A stretch of DNA of 63,931 bases, filler included, from Reclinomonas americana ATCC 50394 (lineage: Eukaryota), in the NCBI GenBank assembly GCA_048213135.1. It is 11 parts of 11 records of this genome, joined end to end, with 100 filler letters (N's around TTAATTAATTAA, not from the genome) between each part and the next. Parts side by side here need not be neighbours in the genome. Positions count along the whole stretch, not along the records: positions 1 to 6,590 come from AFZH01017864.1; positions 6,691 to 9,888 come from AFZH01017866.1; positions 9,989 to 19,381 come from AFZH01017867.1; 8 more parts are not named here. One strand, given 5' to 3'. Of this stretch, positions 1-12,155 are shown piece after piece (within the stretch, counting starts at the first letter, position 1; each line of letters opens with the position of its first letter). A model generated the notes under the pieces. It was not told the origin of the DNA. It ran no database searches and saw nothing but the letters and a program-made list of their open reading frames with translations. The translations under genes were made by a program, and so were the position numbers.

Positions 1-69
1 CTGCACCACCGGCCGCCACCAGCCGCAGCCGACGAAGACGAGGATGTCGACGTTGGTGATTTAGAATGA
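1..69 (+). CDS. 3' end of an upstream gene (acidic C-terminus ...DEDEDVDVGDLE*)
   Basis: Frame 1 is open from the window start to TGA at 67-69 and is protein-like; identity unknown. Confidence 0.3.
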   Translation: MHHRPPPAAADEDEDVDVGDLE

Positions 70-147
70 AAACACATCCATGTCCAGCGCGTGTCCTCTT
101 GCTCGTTCCTCTATCGTCATTGTTGTGTTGCATCGGCCACCAGCGTC

Positions 148-1190
148 ATGGACAAGGCCAACCTCGATGGCGTTCCCTTCCGGAAAACAGTGCGTCTTCC
201 CCTGTGTGAGGCGCACGCGAGAGAGGCAATGTCCGCACCATCACCTCTCACTCTCCTCACTCTCTCTGCCAACTCTGCCCTCTCTCACTTTCACACACAC
301 ATCACAAGCACATTCGCATCCAGCTGCAGAGAGAGTGATATGAGGAGACATGCATGCATGCGTGACACGCAGACTGTGTGTCTGTGAGCATGAATAATGA
401 GAGTTCCTCCGAAGTGAGCTGACGTGACTGCTGTGTGGCGTTGTCGCGCAGGTGGCACTCATCAACGAGTTCACATTGCGAACGGGCGAGTTTCTGAATC
501 GCTTTGCTCGTGCATGCGAGACGAAGCTGCATGAGGTCGGTCAGAATCTGCATCGATTGGAGGTCACACTCGGCATTCTCGAGGGCAAGTTGCAGAGGTG
601 AGCAGCCGAGGCGAGAGAGAAAGAGACAGGAAGATGACAGGAGTTCGGAGATGCTTGAAACGTGACGGAAGGAGCAGCAAAGGAGTGAGAACAAGGCAGA
701 CACTTGGAGATTAGAGATAGCACGAGTCGGCTATTCATATCCGCCGTGCAGTATCGAGGGGCTGGATGCTGTCGGACCGGTGGCGCCTGCCGATGCACCA
801 CCACCATCAGCGATTCCACAGGGCACCGGACCGATGATGCCACCAGCGCCAGCACCAGGAGCACCAGGTTTGCAGTGTGTGCGGCATTTCACGGCTCCCC
901 AGCCTCATCACCATCTTGTGTATATTGCAGGCGCAGCACCACCTGCTGGCGGCGATGCAGCAGCAGCAAGTGGCGGCGGTGCTCCACCGGGTGTGCTGAC
1001 CAATCGGCAGCACCCGATGCTGATGAGTTTCTTCAAGATGGTCAATTTTGGTGTGCCCGCCGGTGCCGTGAAGCAAAAGATGGCACTTGCCGGCTTCGAC
1101 CCGAACCTGCTCGACAGTCCCGACGCACCTGCACCCGCTGATCTGCCCATACCACCACCAGAGTCCGACTCGGATTCAGATGGCGATTGA
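148..1190 (+). CDS. WASHC3: WASH complex subunit 3 (CCDC53), multi-exon
   Basis: Spliced MDKANLDGVPFRKT|VALINEFTLRTGEFLNRFARACETKLHEVGQNLHRLEVTLGILEGKLQ|SIEGLD and C-terminal FFKMVNFGVPAGAVKQKMALAGFDPNLLDSPDAP match both conserved CCDC53 blocks. Confidence 0.9.
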
Positions 1191-1352
1191 TCGCAGGCAA
1201 GTGCGACGCGCACGTGCGACCAGACAGACCACGAATGCAGCAGAGGAGACCATGTGTTGTGAATGTGCAGCCAAAGTAGTACACTGGGGGGAAAACATAA
1301 GCAACGTTCGTGGTGGGGGCAACGCAAGTGTCCTCTCGTTTCAAAAAAGACA

Positions 1353-2519
1353 ATGTGGTGCAGTGCGCTGGCGCGACGGCTCTTCTCACGACGTGCAGAC
1401 TCGCTCAACCCACGGCCACCTGTGCGGTTGCATCGTGTAACACCACTGCGGTGTGCAGCCACCCCAATCACACTCTCCGATTCTTTCTCTCTCTCCACTC
1501 ATCCTTCCTTCGTCGCATCAGACCTGTGCCGAGCCACATTCGCCGACCGCCGTACGTGAGCGACCCGGGCATACTCGACCGCTCGCCACCCACAGCACCC
1601 GTGCTAAAGACAGCCGAGCAGATTGATCGCATGCGTGAGGTGTGTGCCGAGGGACGTGCTGTGCTCGACTTTGCGGGCACACTCGTCGCCCCGGGCGTCT
1701 CCACCGACGAGATCGATCGGCGAGTGCACGAGTTCATCGTCGGCCGCAACCTGTACCCGTCGCCGCTGCGATACCGTGGCTTCCCGAAGAGTGTGTGCAC
1801 GTCGGTGAACGAGATCATGTGTCACGGCATTCCCGACATGCGACCGCTGGAGGAGGGCGACATTGTCAACGTGGATGTCACGGTGCGAGGGCGGCAGCGC
1901 TGCTCTCTTCTCGCGCTTCCGTGATCGTGCCTGAGCTCTTCTTTTGGTGCAGGTGTATTCGAAGCACGGATTCCACGGCGACTTGTCGGAGACTTTCTGC
2001 GTTGGCCAGGTCGACAATGCCGCGCGTGCGCTTGTGGAGGCCTCGCGACGGGCCACCGAAGCAGGTGTGGCGCGCTGCGGACCGGGCGTCAAACTGCGAG
2101 CGGTTGGAGAAGCCATTGAGGCGTCGGTGGCGAAGCACTGGCCAGCGCACAGGTGTGCGATTTTTAGCGATGTGCATGTGTGTGTGTGTGCTTGGGATGC
2201 TCATCGCCGCGTTTGGGGGCGCAGGTACGGCTTGCCTCCGGATTTCACGGGGCACGGTATCGGAGAGACGTTTCACGAACTGCCGTACGTGTACCCGCGT
2301 GCCACTGGTGTGGCGCACAATGAAGCCGGGTGCGACGTGCTGCTGCCGGGCATGGTGTTTACCGTGGAACCAATAGTTACGGAATCAGGCGAGATCAAGT
2401 GGCGCATGTGGCGCGACGGGTGGACCGTGGTGGCAGCCGATCGGAGTCGTAGCGCGCAGTGTGAGCACACTGTGCTCATCACACCGCACGGTCACGAAGT
2501 GTTGACACGCAAATCATGA
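1353..2519 (+). CDS. METAP1D: Methionine aminopeptidase type 1, mitochondrial-type (M24A), multi-exon
   Basis: YPSPLRYRGFPKSVCTSVNEIMCHGIPD, DIVNVDVT, HGDLSETF, GHGIG, FTVEP and SAQCEHTVLIT supply all the metal ligands; Arg-rich N-terminal transit-like peptide. Confidence 0.9.
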
Positions 2520-2608
2520 GTGTACCCCACTCCAACTAAGTTTTCACTGACACTACATACTTGCGACTCCCTTCACATCATCAACTATCGACTGCACGCA
2601 ACACATTC

Positions 2609-3388
2609 CTAAAACGGCTGATGCACGTCTCTGTGTGTTCGCCTTGCGGCACCACGCACATCGGCGGCACCTCGCACCATCACCGACGCCGGTGGGTACG
2701 CGACACCAGCTGCTCCCCACGCAGCATCTGTGAGTGAATGGGTGAGTGAACGGCTGGAAACTATTGGTCCAACCATCAAGAGACGCACCTCCGAGTCCAT
2801 TGGCTCCCGCATACGGCATCCCGTTGCCAGCAGCGTACATGGCTCCACCCGAACCATACGCCTGCGGCTGTGGCTGCTGTGGTGGCGGCTGCATCTGCTG
2901 CGGTGGCGGCGGCGGTGGTGGTGGCGGTGCTGGCTGGCTCCACGCCGACGACGACATCCAAATCGACGAACCCTCCGCATACGGCGGTGGCGATGCCTTT
3001 AGTGGTGACGCGGAGGATTGAGAGTGCGAAGCGACAACACCAAGAAGCGACGCCAATGACCCCGATGACCCCGATGACGAAACCGATGACAATGTCGACG
3101 ACGAAGATGCCGGCTGCGACGGCACTGCACCCCCCTGACCGGCCGCGGCAGCTGGTGCGGGGAACGTATCCGCACGGTAACCCACATGCATCGGCAACAA
3201 GTCGCGCAGCGTGGCCTGCATCCGTGCCTGTCACAAGACAGGCGCACGCACGTGAGCAAACGATGCGCAAGAAATATAAACAACAACATCCCTATCACAC
3301 TCACTGTCTCGTCAGCCGACAGCAATCCAGATCCGCTCAGACCACCGCCTGCAGCTGCGGCTGCCGACAGCCGTTGTTGCTGTTGTTG

Positions 3389-3419
<31 letters not shown>

Positions 3420-3609
3420 TGTTGCTGTTGCTGAAAGTAGTACTGCTGTTGTTGTTGCTGTTGTTGTTGCCGTTGCAGCTGCTGCTGTTGGTAGGCGTAC
3501 TGCTGCTGCTGCTGATGCTGCAGGTACAACAACTGCTGCTCCGTAAAGGCCATGGGTTGCTGCTGTGGTGCCGCCGCCTGCGACATGAGTGATGACTGAC
3601 GAAGATACT

Positions 3610-3640
<31 letters not shown>

Positions 3641-6590
3641 TTGAAGTTGCTGCTGTTGTTGTAGTTGCTGCTGCTGCATTGCTGCGTACTGTGCCCGTTG
3701 CGCCATCATCTCATCCTGTGCCTCCTCTTGCGCAAACTGGAACCGAGACCGGCCTCCGCGAGAGACGCCACCAGCGCCGACAAGATCCGGCGCCACCGCG
3801 GACTGCATCGGCGCCGACATGGACCGCCCGAGAGCAGCGTCGCCGCCAAACATGGCCGAGCTCTGCGCAAGTGACTCCGTGCACGTCAACAACACCTCCT
3901 CCTCCTCCTTCGGAACACGCAGGAGAGAAACGTACCATGGGTGGTGGCTTGTTCGCGGGTGGTGTGGCCGCCGCCATGAACCACGACTCGAAGGACGACT
4001 TGTCAATCTGCAGCAGCAGCATCATCATGAGCAATCACAAACACGACACACTGCCGCCATTGTCCTCAATGGTGACGCAACAGCTCCCGTAGCAGCACTT
4101 GCTGGAGGCTTCATGGGCTGGGCGACCTCGGTGGCAAACGCCGATTTGAGAATTTCCTGCGCACACACACGAGTGGTTAGCGCGCGCGCACACACACACA
4201 TTGTTGGTAATAACGGTAGGTGCGACGCAACGCTAATGTTTGGCGCCACAACGACCTCCACAGTCGCAATCTCCTCGGTGGCCTTGCCCGGTTTCCACAA
4301 GTCTACAATCGCGGTGAGCCAGGCAACATCAGCAGCAGCAACAACAACAGCAGCAGCACTCGACAAACCATCGGGTGTTGGTGTAAGCGGTGTCTGCGGC
4401 GCAGACGGCATTGGTGTCGGCAGAGAGTGAGATTCCACGACAGCTACTGGTGGTGTTGGTGGTGGCTGTGCTGGCTGTGGCGCCGACAGGTCGTCTTCTT
4501 CTGGTCTTGGTTGTGCCTTGCTGGCGCTGCTCGGTGCAGAGCTGGCAGCGGCCGCCGCCTGTGCTGGTGGGACCTTGGAGGCAGCCGGAGAAGCCTTGGT
4601 GGCAGTAGCCGCAGGCAAGGACGACGCAGCGGCAAGTGACGATGATGACGACGATGATGCCTTGGAAGACGATGACGGCGCCTGCTTGCCCCCTGCTGCT
4701 TTCCTCTCCGCCACTGGTGGTGTCTGCGGTGTCTGGATGGGCGCAGGGAACGCTGGTGGCACCGCTGCTGCGGCGGGGGAGCCCTCATTGCGTGTCTCCG
4801 GTGGTGATGACGATCCTCGCGCCTTGTTGCCCCACGACGCCGTCCGAGGCAACAGCGCCGACACAATCTCCTCCTTTTTCTGTTTTCTCAGCTTGTCGTC
4901 CTTGGGCTTTGACAAGCGAAGCGACACACAATGAGTGTCTGACAACGAAAAAAGAAGGGTGGAACGCAAAGTAGTAGTTCGATAGGCACCTTTTGGTTCT
5001 CCGCCGGATTCGCCTTCACATCGAGCACCGTCGGCCACTCACTCGGATTGAGTGTTGGTGGAGTGACCGCAGGCTTGCTCCCACCCCACGCCTTGCCAAA
5101 CGAACCCGATCTCGACACCTCTGCAGCCGAAGACGCAGGGGTTTGGAAATTCGCCTCATTCTCCCATTCTTCCTCGTCATCTGCCGGTGCATCCGCGTAC
5201 ACTGCGAGGCGAGTGAGCACGACGGACTGACGAAAAAGAGTGGTGGTGGTGGCGGCGCATAAACTACCTTCCTCGTCTCCAAACACAAACGACATTGGTG
5301 GCAGACCCTTGCTGCACTCGCGCACAACAATCGCAGTCAGTCGGTGAACATTGGCTATCGCTCGGCCCACGTGTACACGAACCCCTCAAACTCCTCCACC
5401 ACCGGGAACGACTCTGGATTCACCGTCGAGCTAAATACACCACGCCTACGGCAAATTCGCCAATGAGTGCACCCAAGCAGCTATTTCCCCCTCCCAGTCA
5501 AACACACGCACATGTCCAACAGATCCTCTTTGGTAAACGTGTCGGCCTGGTCACCCACGTAGTGGAGGTACATGCACTCAGGATTCGGGCACGAGATGCC
5601 ACGCAAAAAGTGACTGCAGTACTTGGTGGTACCAAAGCACGTCCTGCGCCAGCACACATATACACACTATTTCAGCGATACCTAAACAACGAGACGCTGA
5701 TGCATGGCGTTGTTCCGCAGCGCACCGAATCTGCCGACCCTCCAAATACGCTCCGTTTGTACAACAAATGGCATTGTACGCATCATCCTCATCCTCGTAC
5801 GTAATATACGCCGTCGCCGGGCTCTTGTTGCCCACACGCGTCACAACCACCTTGGCCACAATACCGTACTGAGCGAAATACTCATGTCTCCGTAGTATCT
5901 GCGCACGCGATGAGCAAGAGTGGCCGGCTTGCACGAGAGAAAAAGCACACAGCGAGCCGGACCTCCTCACGGGCCAGCGACACGGGCAGACCAATGACAT
6001 ACACCAGGTTGCGCTGCACCACGCGCACATTCTCTAGCGCCCTCCGCTGCGGTATCACCGGCGGTGGACCCGTCATCATCGGAGCCGGCGGAGCATTCGG
6101 ATCAAAGTCTGGCACCGCAGGTGGTGAGTTCCCGCGCCGCCCCTCCCCCGAATGCTGCCGCCGCCGAGGTCCAGCTCGATCACGAGCAGGACCCTCGGCG
6201 GCAGCACTGCCATTTTTGCCACCCGAGCCACCACGCCGCCGTCGCCCACGATCCTGCTGCGACTGTATCGCCTGGAGATCGAGGGTGGAGGCCGTCGATT
6301 GTGATCCTCTGTGTAACGCCAAGTGAGCACGTGCAACACTCCTCAGTGCACGCACGCACACACTCAACTCGGGTGGTGCCTCCAGTCGCACTTTGTCGGG
6401 GTCATACGGACTACGGCAGTTCGGGCAGCGACCATCCATCTTCTCGTTGATGTTGTGGTAGCACCACACACACACCTGCAATCAACAAAGTGATGAGCTG
6501 GAAGCACCTACACCACGGGAGGTCAGAGGTGCACCACGCAACTCGGTAGCCACACGGACACGGGCGGAATCGCATGTCTATGCATGCACA
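2609..6590 (-). CDS. CNOT4: CCR4-NOT subunit 4 (RING-RRM-CCCH E3 ligase) with long low-complexity/polyQ C-terminus; 5' end in gap
   Basis: FRPCPCGYR|VCVWCYHNI..GRCPNCRSPY RING; NVRVVQRNLVYVIGL..EYFAQYG..AYITY RRM; FGTTKYC..C.NPECMYLH zinc finger. The 3' end (stop at 2609) is inferred. Confidence 0.9.
3373..3680 (-). repeat. CAG/CAA trinucleotide tracts encoding polyglutamine in CNOT4
   Basis: (TGC/TGT)n runs on the + strand; runs of Q in ORF 2999..4006. Confidence 0.9.
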
Positions 6591-6690
6591 NNNNNNNNNN
6601 NNNNNNNNNNNNNNNNNNNNNNNNNNNNNNNNNNTTAATTAATTAANNNNNNNNNNNNNNNNNNNNNNNNNNNNNNNNNNNNNNNNNNNN

Positions 6691-9600
6691 CGCGGAGGCT
6701 GAGCTGGTACCGCAGTCGCCAGGCGTTCTGGTGGGTGCCTGGATTCACCGAGCCCATCAACTCCACCCATTCGTCCTCGTACAGTACATCGCTACGCATC
6801 ACCGATCGTCGAGCCAGTGCCTCAAGCTGCGTCGCAGGCAGAGGGAGTGTGGGTTGCAAAAAAGGTGGCAACACATGTTTGCGATGAATTCCCCCTCTCT
6901 CCACCTGCGACACATGGAACTCGGTGCCCTGGTGAACGCCGTTGACCAGCATCGCCAGCACCGAGTCGTGCGTGATGCCGTGCCCGTTCATGGCCAGCAT
7001 GGAACGCTCGAAGACATGCTTCAGCTCCACCTCCGACACATCCGAGTACAACTGGCGAAGTACCAGATAGAGTTCGCGCTCCGTCCGACAGTCGCCCTGC
7101 CGCCGACCCCTCCACCAGTCAACAACACGATACACTCACCACTCTGACAGGCAACATAACACACAAAAAAACATACCTGCACAGCAAGCATGGCCGAGAG
7201 ACGACGGAACATGCTGCCGAGGTGACCGCAAGCCGGATCGCCATTGATGCGCAGCGTCTCTGCAAACATGCGCAACTCGGCAGCCGGGTCTGGTTACGCA
7301 TGTGTGTGAGATGCCAGCAGTTGCTCGCAGCCGAGAAAGAAGACCTCCTCACCTGGCGGTTCGAGCCTGGTGGACGCGGTAGGAGAGTCCTCGCCATCCA
7401 CCGCCGCTGGTGCGTGTAATGGTGGTGGTGGTGGTGGTGGCGCTGCTGCTGCAGCTAATGGCGACCCTGCGTCACCTCCACCATCGCCACCATCGCCCTC
7501 TTCATCCTCTGCATCCTCCACCGCCGAACCCCCTTCGTCACCCTCGTCTCGTTTCTCCGCGACCAGCGACGCCACCACGCTCAAAAACTCGTACATCACC
7601 TGATGACACAACTCCGGCAACACGTACTTGACGCTGATGAACTCCATGAGTGCATCCTACAAAACGGTGGCGTGGAGAGTGAGTTGCATGGCGCAACACA
7701 GAGAATTGTGGGCGTGAACTCGAAACGAACCGCCAGCGACACTGCCGTCTTCTCTTTGCTCATGTCGCGCAACAGTGGCATCATAATGTGCCGATCGTAC
7801 GCACCGTCCATGATGCCGAGACACACGTTGAGGTCCATGGAGCGTGGCCACAGTGGCGCACTCCGACCGTAGTTCTGCACGAAAGCGGCCCACATGGGGT
7901 CGGTGAACTTTTCGCGCAGCTGCCGACTTTCGAGTGCACGAATGTGCCGCCATTCGCCACGAATGCCACCGACCACGTCGGACTCGCCGAGCTCCGGCCC
8001 GCCCTCGTCCGTGAAGGAGAATATTCTCAGCGGATGGGGCGCAATCTTCCGAGACGCCGACAGCCGCATGATGGTGGTCGCAGCGGCACCGACGGCACTC
8101 ATCGGTTGTGCAGGAGGAAGCGGGAAAGTCTTGATGACAGGCACACAAAGTGGAATGAGTGCGAAGAGAGATGAAAAGACACAAAAGGAGAAGAGCTCAC
8201 TCTCACATACTGTACACACCTCCGACATGTCTTCGCGGTTCACTTCCACGCGTCGAATGGATGCAAAGGGGCTCTGCGGGTTGCGCGCCATCTGCACATC
8301 AATGACCATCTGTGGCATGGTGACTTCGTAGTCGGGCGAGAAGGCGGTAATGATGCGTCTCTGCTCCACTCGTGGCACGGTCGCCGACTCGCCAACTGGA
8401 AGCGTGTAGCATGTCAAATACATCACCCGACATGCAGCACTCACATGAGCACGCAACAGGTGACCGCAGTGGACATGAGCTGACGGATCAGTTCCTCGCA
8501 CTCGCCGAGGGAGCGGCCCGATGAGCGGAACCATCGCCGTGCCGGTGACGAGTTGCCGGTGCTGCGAGACGACAATGAGTAGGGGGTGAAACAAGGCACA
8601 TTTACGCCGACACAAGAGGAGGTACTCACGGTTTTGTCGACTCCACATCCATTTTGTAGAGCCTATCGTACACCTTCTGAATGACGCCAATGTGGGTCCG
8701 CACTCGGTGCAGCTCGTCGACGAGCGCACGATTGGTGAACATGAATTCTTCGCGGATTTGACGAATCACTGCACCGCTGACCAGCGTCGTCGCAATCTCA
8801 TAGTCGGTGAGTCGGCAGTTGAGAATGCGACAGAGGTCGGCGCACGTCTCGAGCGAGCGCGATACTTCGTGGTCAAAGTGCGTATAGTCGATTTCCTGCC
8901 GCCCTCGGTGTCAGCTCGCATCGTATCACCAACAAAGCACGCACAAGCGCGATACCTGACTGGCGGCCTCCTTGGCACGCTGGAACTCCTTCGCCACCTG
9001 GCGTCGCATGTCGTTCGTGGTCGACAGTTTCGCCACGCGGTCGTTGGCCTTGTGCAGTTTTTTCTGCACGAATACAATATCATTAGTGACGTGTGCGTCG
9101 CACGACATGAGACGCAGCAGAGGACGCCGCACCACAGTGTCGTCAAGCGTGTCGGTGAGGAAGCCGATCTGGGCCTGTGCGTCTCGGTGCGCCGCTTGCA
9201 TCTTGGCCAGCTGCTCACGCAACTCGGCAAGCTCCTGCATGTGATGCCCCTGCACGACGGCCAGCTGGCGTGCAAGAGCCTCCCGCTCCTTTTTCAGCTC
9301 CTGGTAGCTATCGAGTGTGTCCTGGATGCGGGCACGCTCGTCTTCCAGCACCGCACGCTCATCCTGCATGCCGACACGTGAGTGACGATCGCACGAGCGC
9401 GTGCTAATAGAAATGAACAAGTAGTACCTGCACGTCGTGCATGGCATCCCGCACACGCCCAAAGGCCTCAAAGTACGGCACTCTCTCGTACTCGGGCGCC
9501 TCTGCCGCCCCCGCCGTCCGCGTCACCTCGTTCACTGTTAACAGATCCGTGAGCGTGCACGCTTCCAGTTGCTCACGCAGTGCGCGAAAGACACCGGCAA

Positions 9601-9888
9601 AGGGTGGCATGATTGAGCCCAGAGTGCCTGTGCGATCGGGCGTGATGAGCCAAGAGAAAATCACGAGTAGAGAGACAGAGAGAGAGAGGAGCATGAGAGC
9701 ACGCAACTGAGCGTGTCGAGACACACACGCAGCGACTGCCGTGATGGCGACTCGAACGGAGTCCGATTTTCGAGGAGTGCGACCTCGAGATGAATAGCTG
9801 CGAGGTAAGGATGCACGCACGAGAGCATTGGTGGGTGCGTGCGTGCGGTGAGAGCATCTCCCCCGTCCCCTCGAGCACAAACCTTGAC
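6691..9888 (-). CDS. Large multi-exon coiled-coil/helical hypothetical protein, possibly remote TSNAXIP1-like; both ends in gaps
   Basis: Chain of spliceable exons on the - strand (..GSIMPPFAGVFRALREQLEAC..RVPYFEAF; coiled coil DERAVLEDERAR..; MEFISVKY..VMYEFL; ELYLVLRQLYSDV). The family resemblance is weak. Confidence 0.5.
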
Positions 9889-10133
9889 NNNNNNNNNNNN
9901 NNNNNNNNNNNNNNNNNNNNNNNNNNNNNNNNTTAATTAATTAANNNNNNNNNNNNNNNNNNNNNNNNNNNNNNNNNNNNNNNNNNNNGCATTGTGGACT
10001 GAAGCAGTTGCACGGTGTCACTGGTGTCCATCATCATCATCATCAAGCAATGCATGGATGACTCGATCGGCGACGAGGCAAGTGCAGTTGCCGCGCCCGT
10101 AATTCGTTCCTTCAGCTCGTGCGGCGAGCAAGA

Positions 10134-12128
10134 ATGTACGCACGTGCACCGCTGTTGGTGTGGCTGCTGGTGGCGATAATCGGCGTCGTGATGGCCGTGC
10201 CGCAGTTGCAGAAGCCGGCGTCGTTCGTCAGCGAGCAGAGTCCGCCGGGCACCTTCGGTCTGCATCTGGCGGTGGCGTTGAGTGACTCAGCGATGTACAC
10301 TGGCGAGTGGACCACGTACAGCCTGGTGGGTGGGGCGCAGAATGCACCACTCCTGCATCCCGTGCGCGTCACTGCGCGACGACTGCCCACCGAATCGAAA
10401 AAGAGTGAGTCGTTTCCATGAACCCACCATCATCAACACTGTGAAACAGCACTCACATACATGTGTGTGTGTGCTGCAGCGGTGGTGCTCGAGCAGCATC
10501 GAATCATGTTCAACGCGTACGAGGACGTGGACAGCAGCGTACCGTGTTCGATTGGTTGGAAGGTTCGTTTTCACAGCAGGACGTGTGAAGCAAAGTCGAT
10601 TGCTGACAGTGTGCGACTTTTCCCTTGCCAGTTACCCTCGCATATGTGCTCCACCCAGGACCCGTACGCTTCACTCCCTGGACGACGACTCACCAATGCT
10701 GGAATGCAAATGGATACGGAAACTGGTCGATCAACTCGAATATTTCGTGAGCGTGCGGCTTCAGCGCCCACGGCCAGTGATTTTGAGTTTGCCGTGGAGA
10801 AGCAGGATCAGGCCAACAAACGACTGCTGCCCAGCATGCCGAGCTCAGCTGGCCTGTCGGCGGAAGGGTTGCTGCCGGCTAACGAGGTCAACCTGGCGGT
10901 GACGACTGGTGGAGGAAGTGGGAGTTCCGGGTCGGTCAGTCGAGCCGCCACAGGCTACATCCTGCCAGTGTACGTCGACGAGGCGGAGGGTGCACTGTAC
11001 CCAGACGAATACACGGCGAATGCCGACTCTACGCTATGCTGCGCCGGCGGTTCGCGACGTGGCGACGGTCTGCACTGTCTGAATTACAAAACCGACCAAT
11101 TATTTGCCGAATATTACCCGGTTCGGTCGACGTACACTCACGTGTGGGAAGTCATTGTGCAGGTGAGTGGGGGTGCCGACTACAGAAGAGTGGTCCTGCT
11201 GTTGTGCTCATGTATCCCTTCTCGCATGCACAGCAATTCAATCGCACAGCCGCGTGTCCGTCGGTCATCTCCTGCATGCCGCTCTTCCGCTCCGATGTCA
11301 TGCGCCCAACGTCGCTGCAGACCGACTATGCTGGAACTTCTTCGGTGCGTTCTGAGGGCGCCCCTGCATGCACGCGTGAGTGTCTCTCATTTCCCCCCTC
11401 GTCACAGGCCTACGCAGAGGAGGACTACACTCTCGACCAAACGGCGTGGATCAGAACAGCCACTCTGCAGTCCGAGTACCTCGTCGAGCTCATTCCCAAC
11501 CGCCCGTGCAACGCCTCATTACGCACTCTGGAGTTGCGTGCTTCCTCTTCTCCCTTCTCTTCTTACACGGCCCACGGTGGGCTGACATGAAATTCGCACA
11601 GCAACTGGTTTGTCACCGACAGTAGTGACGAGCGACTCCAGCGGCTCGGCGTGCGCCGATCGAGCTGGTCGCCGAACGCGTACGGCGGCTGCGCCGACAA
11701 CATGCACTCGCAGACATCCACACTTCCAGACTCAGTTTCGAGCGTCTGGTCTCCCACGTGCGTCGTGCCCGTGATCCTCGATGACCGTCGCCCACCTCAT
11801 GCTGACACGCACACACTCTCTTGTCGGCAGTGACCAGTTTGCCGGCTTTCGCAACAGCACATTGCGCAGCCAGTGGGTAAACGCGTTCCAGCGCGGTACT
11901 TCGACAATCACCATGACACCAAAGCCGGAAGCCGAGGCGGCGGCAAACCCACAAAAGTGCTCCTCGACCGACCTCGCACAATTCTTACGGTACACGCCGT
12001 CCACATCTTTTTCCACAACACAGCACGAGCTCACCGACCCTCTGCACAGTTTAACTCTCGATGTGGACCGTGACGCCGCGCCCAGTGAGGTGCTGCAGAT
12101 CAAGGTGCTCGAATTACGCGGCATGTGA
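10134..12128 (+). CDS. Secreted Cys-containing protein (~520 aa, 7 exons) with HAP2/GCS1 fusexin domain I-II-like motif order; no TM anchor
   Basis: Signal peptide MYARAPLLVWLLVAIIGVVMA; exons join in frame through GT-AG introns; motifs HPVRVT, FNAYE, C-x10-C, DSTLCC, LHCLNY, NWFVTD..RLGV..GGC, HSLTLDVDRD. The gene is well supported; the fusexin call is inference. Confidence 0.55.
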
Positions 12129-12155
12129 TGAGGATGACGACCGGCACATTCTTCA

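Noticed and set aside
2870..3592. Poly-Leu and poly-Cys ORFs on the + strand
   Set aside because: Opposite-strand readings of the CNOT4 polyQ tract.
6591..6690. N-runs with central TTAATTAATTAA (also 9889-9988, 19382-19481, 24365-24464, 37142-37241, 44861-44960, 50750-50849, 54899-54998, 57605-57704, 61790-61889)
   Set aside because: Identical 100-nt artificial gap linkers with six-frame stops; not a biological repeat or CRISPR array.
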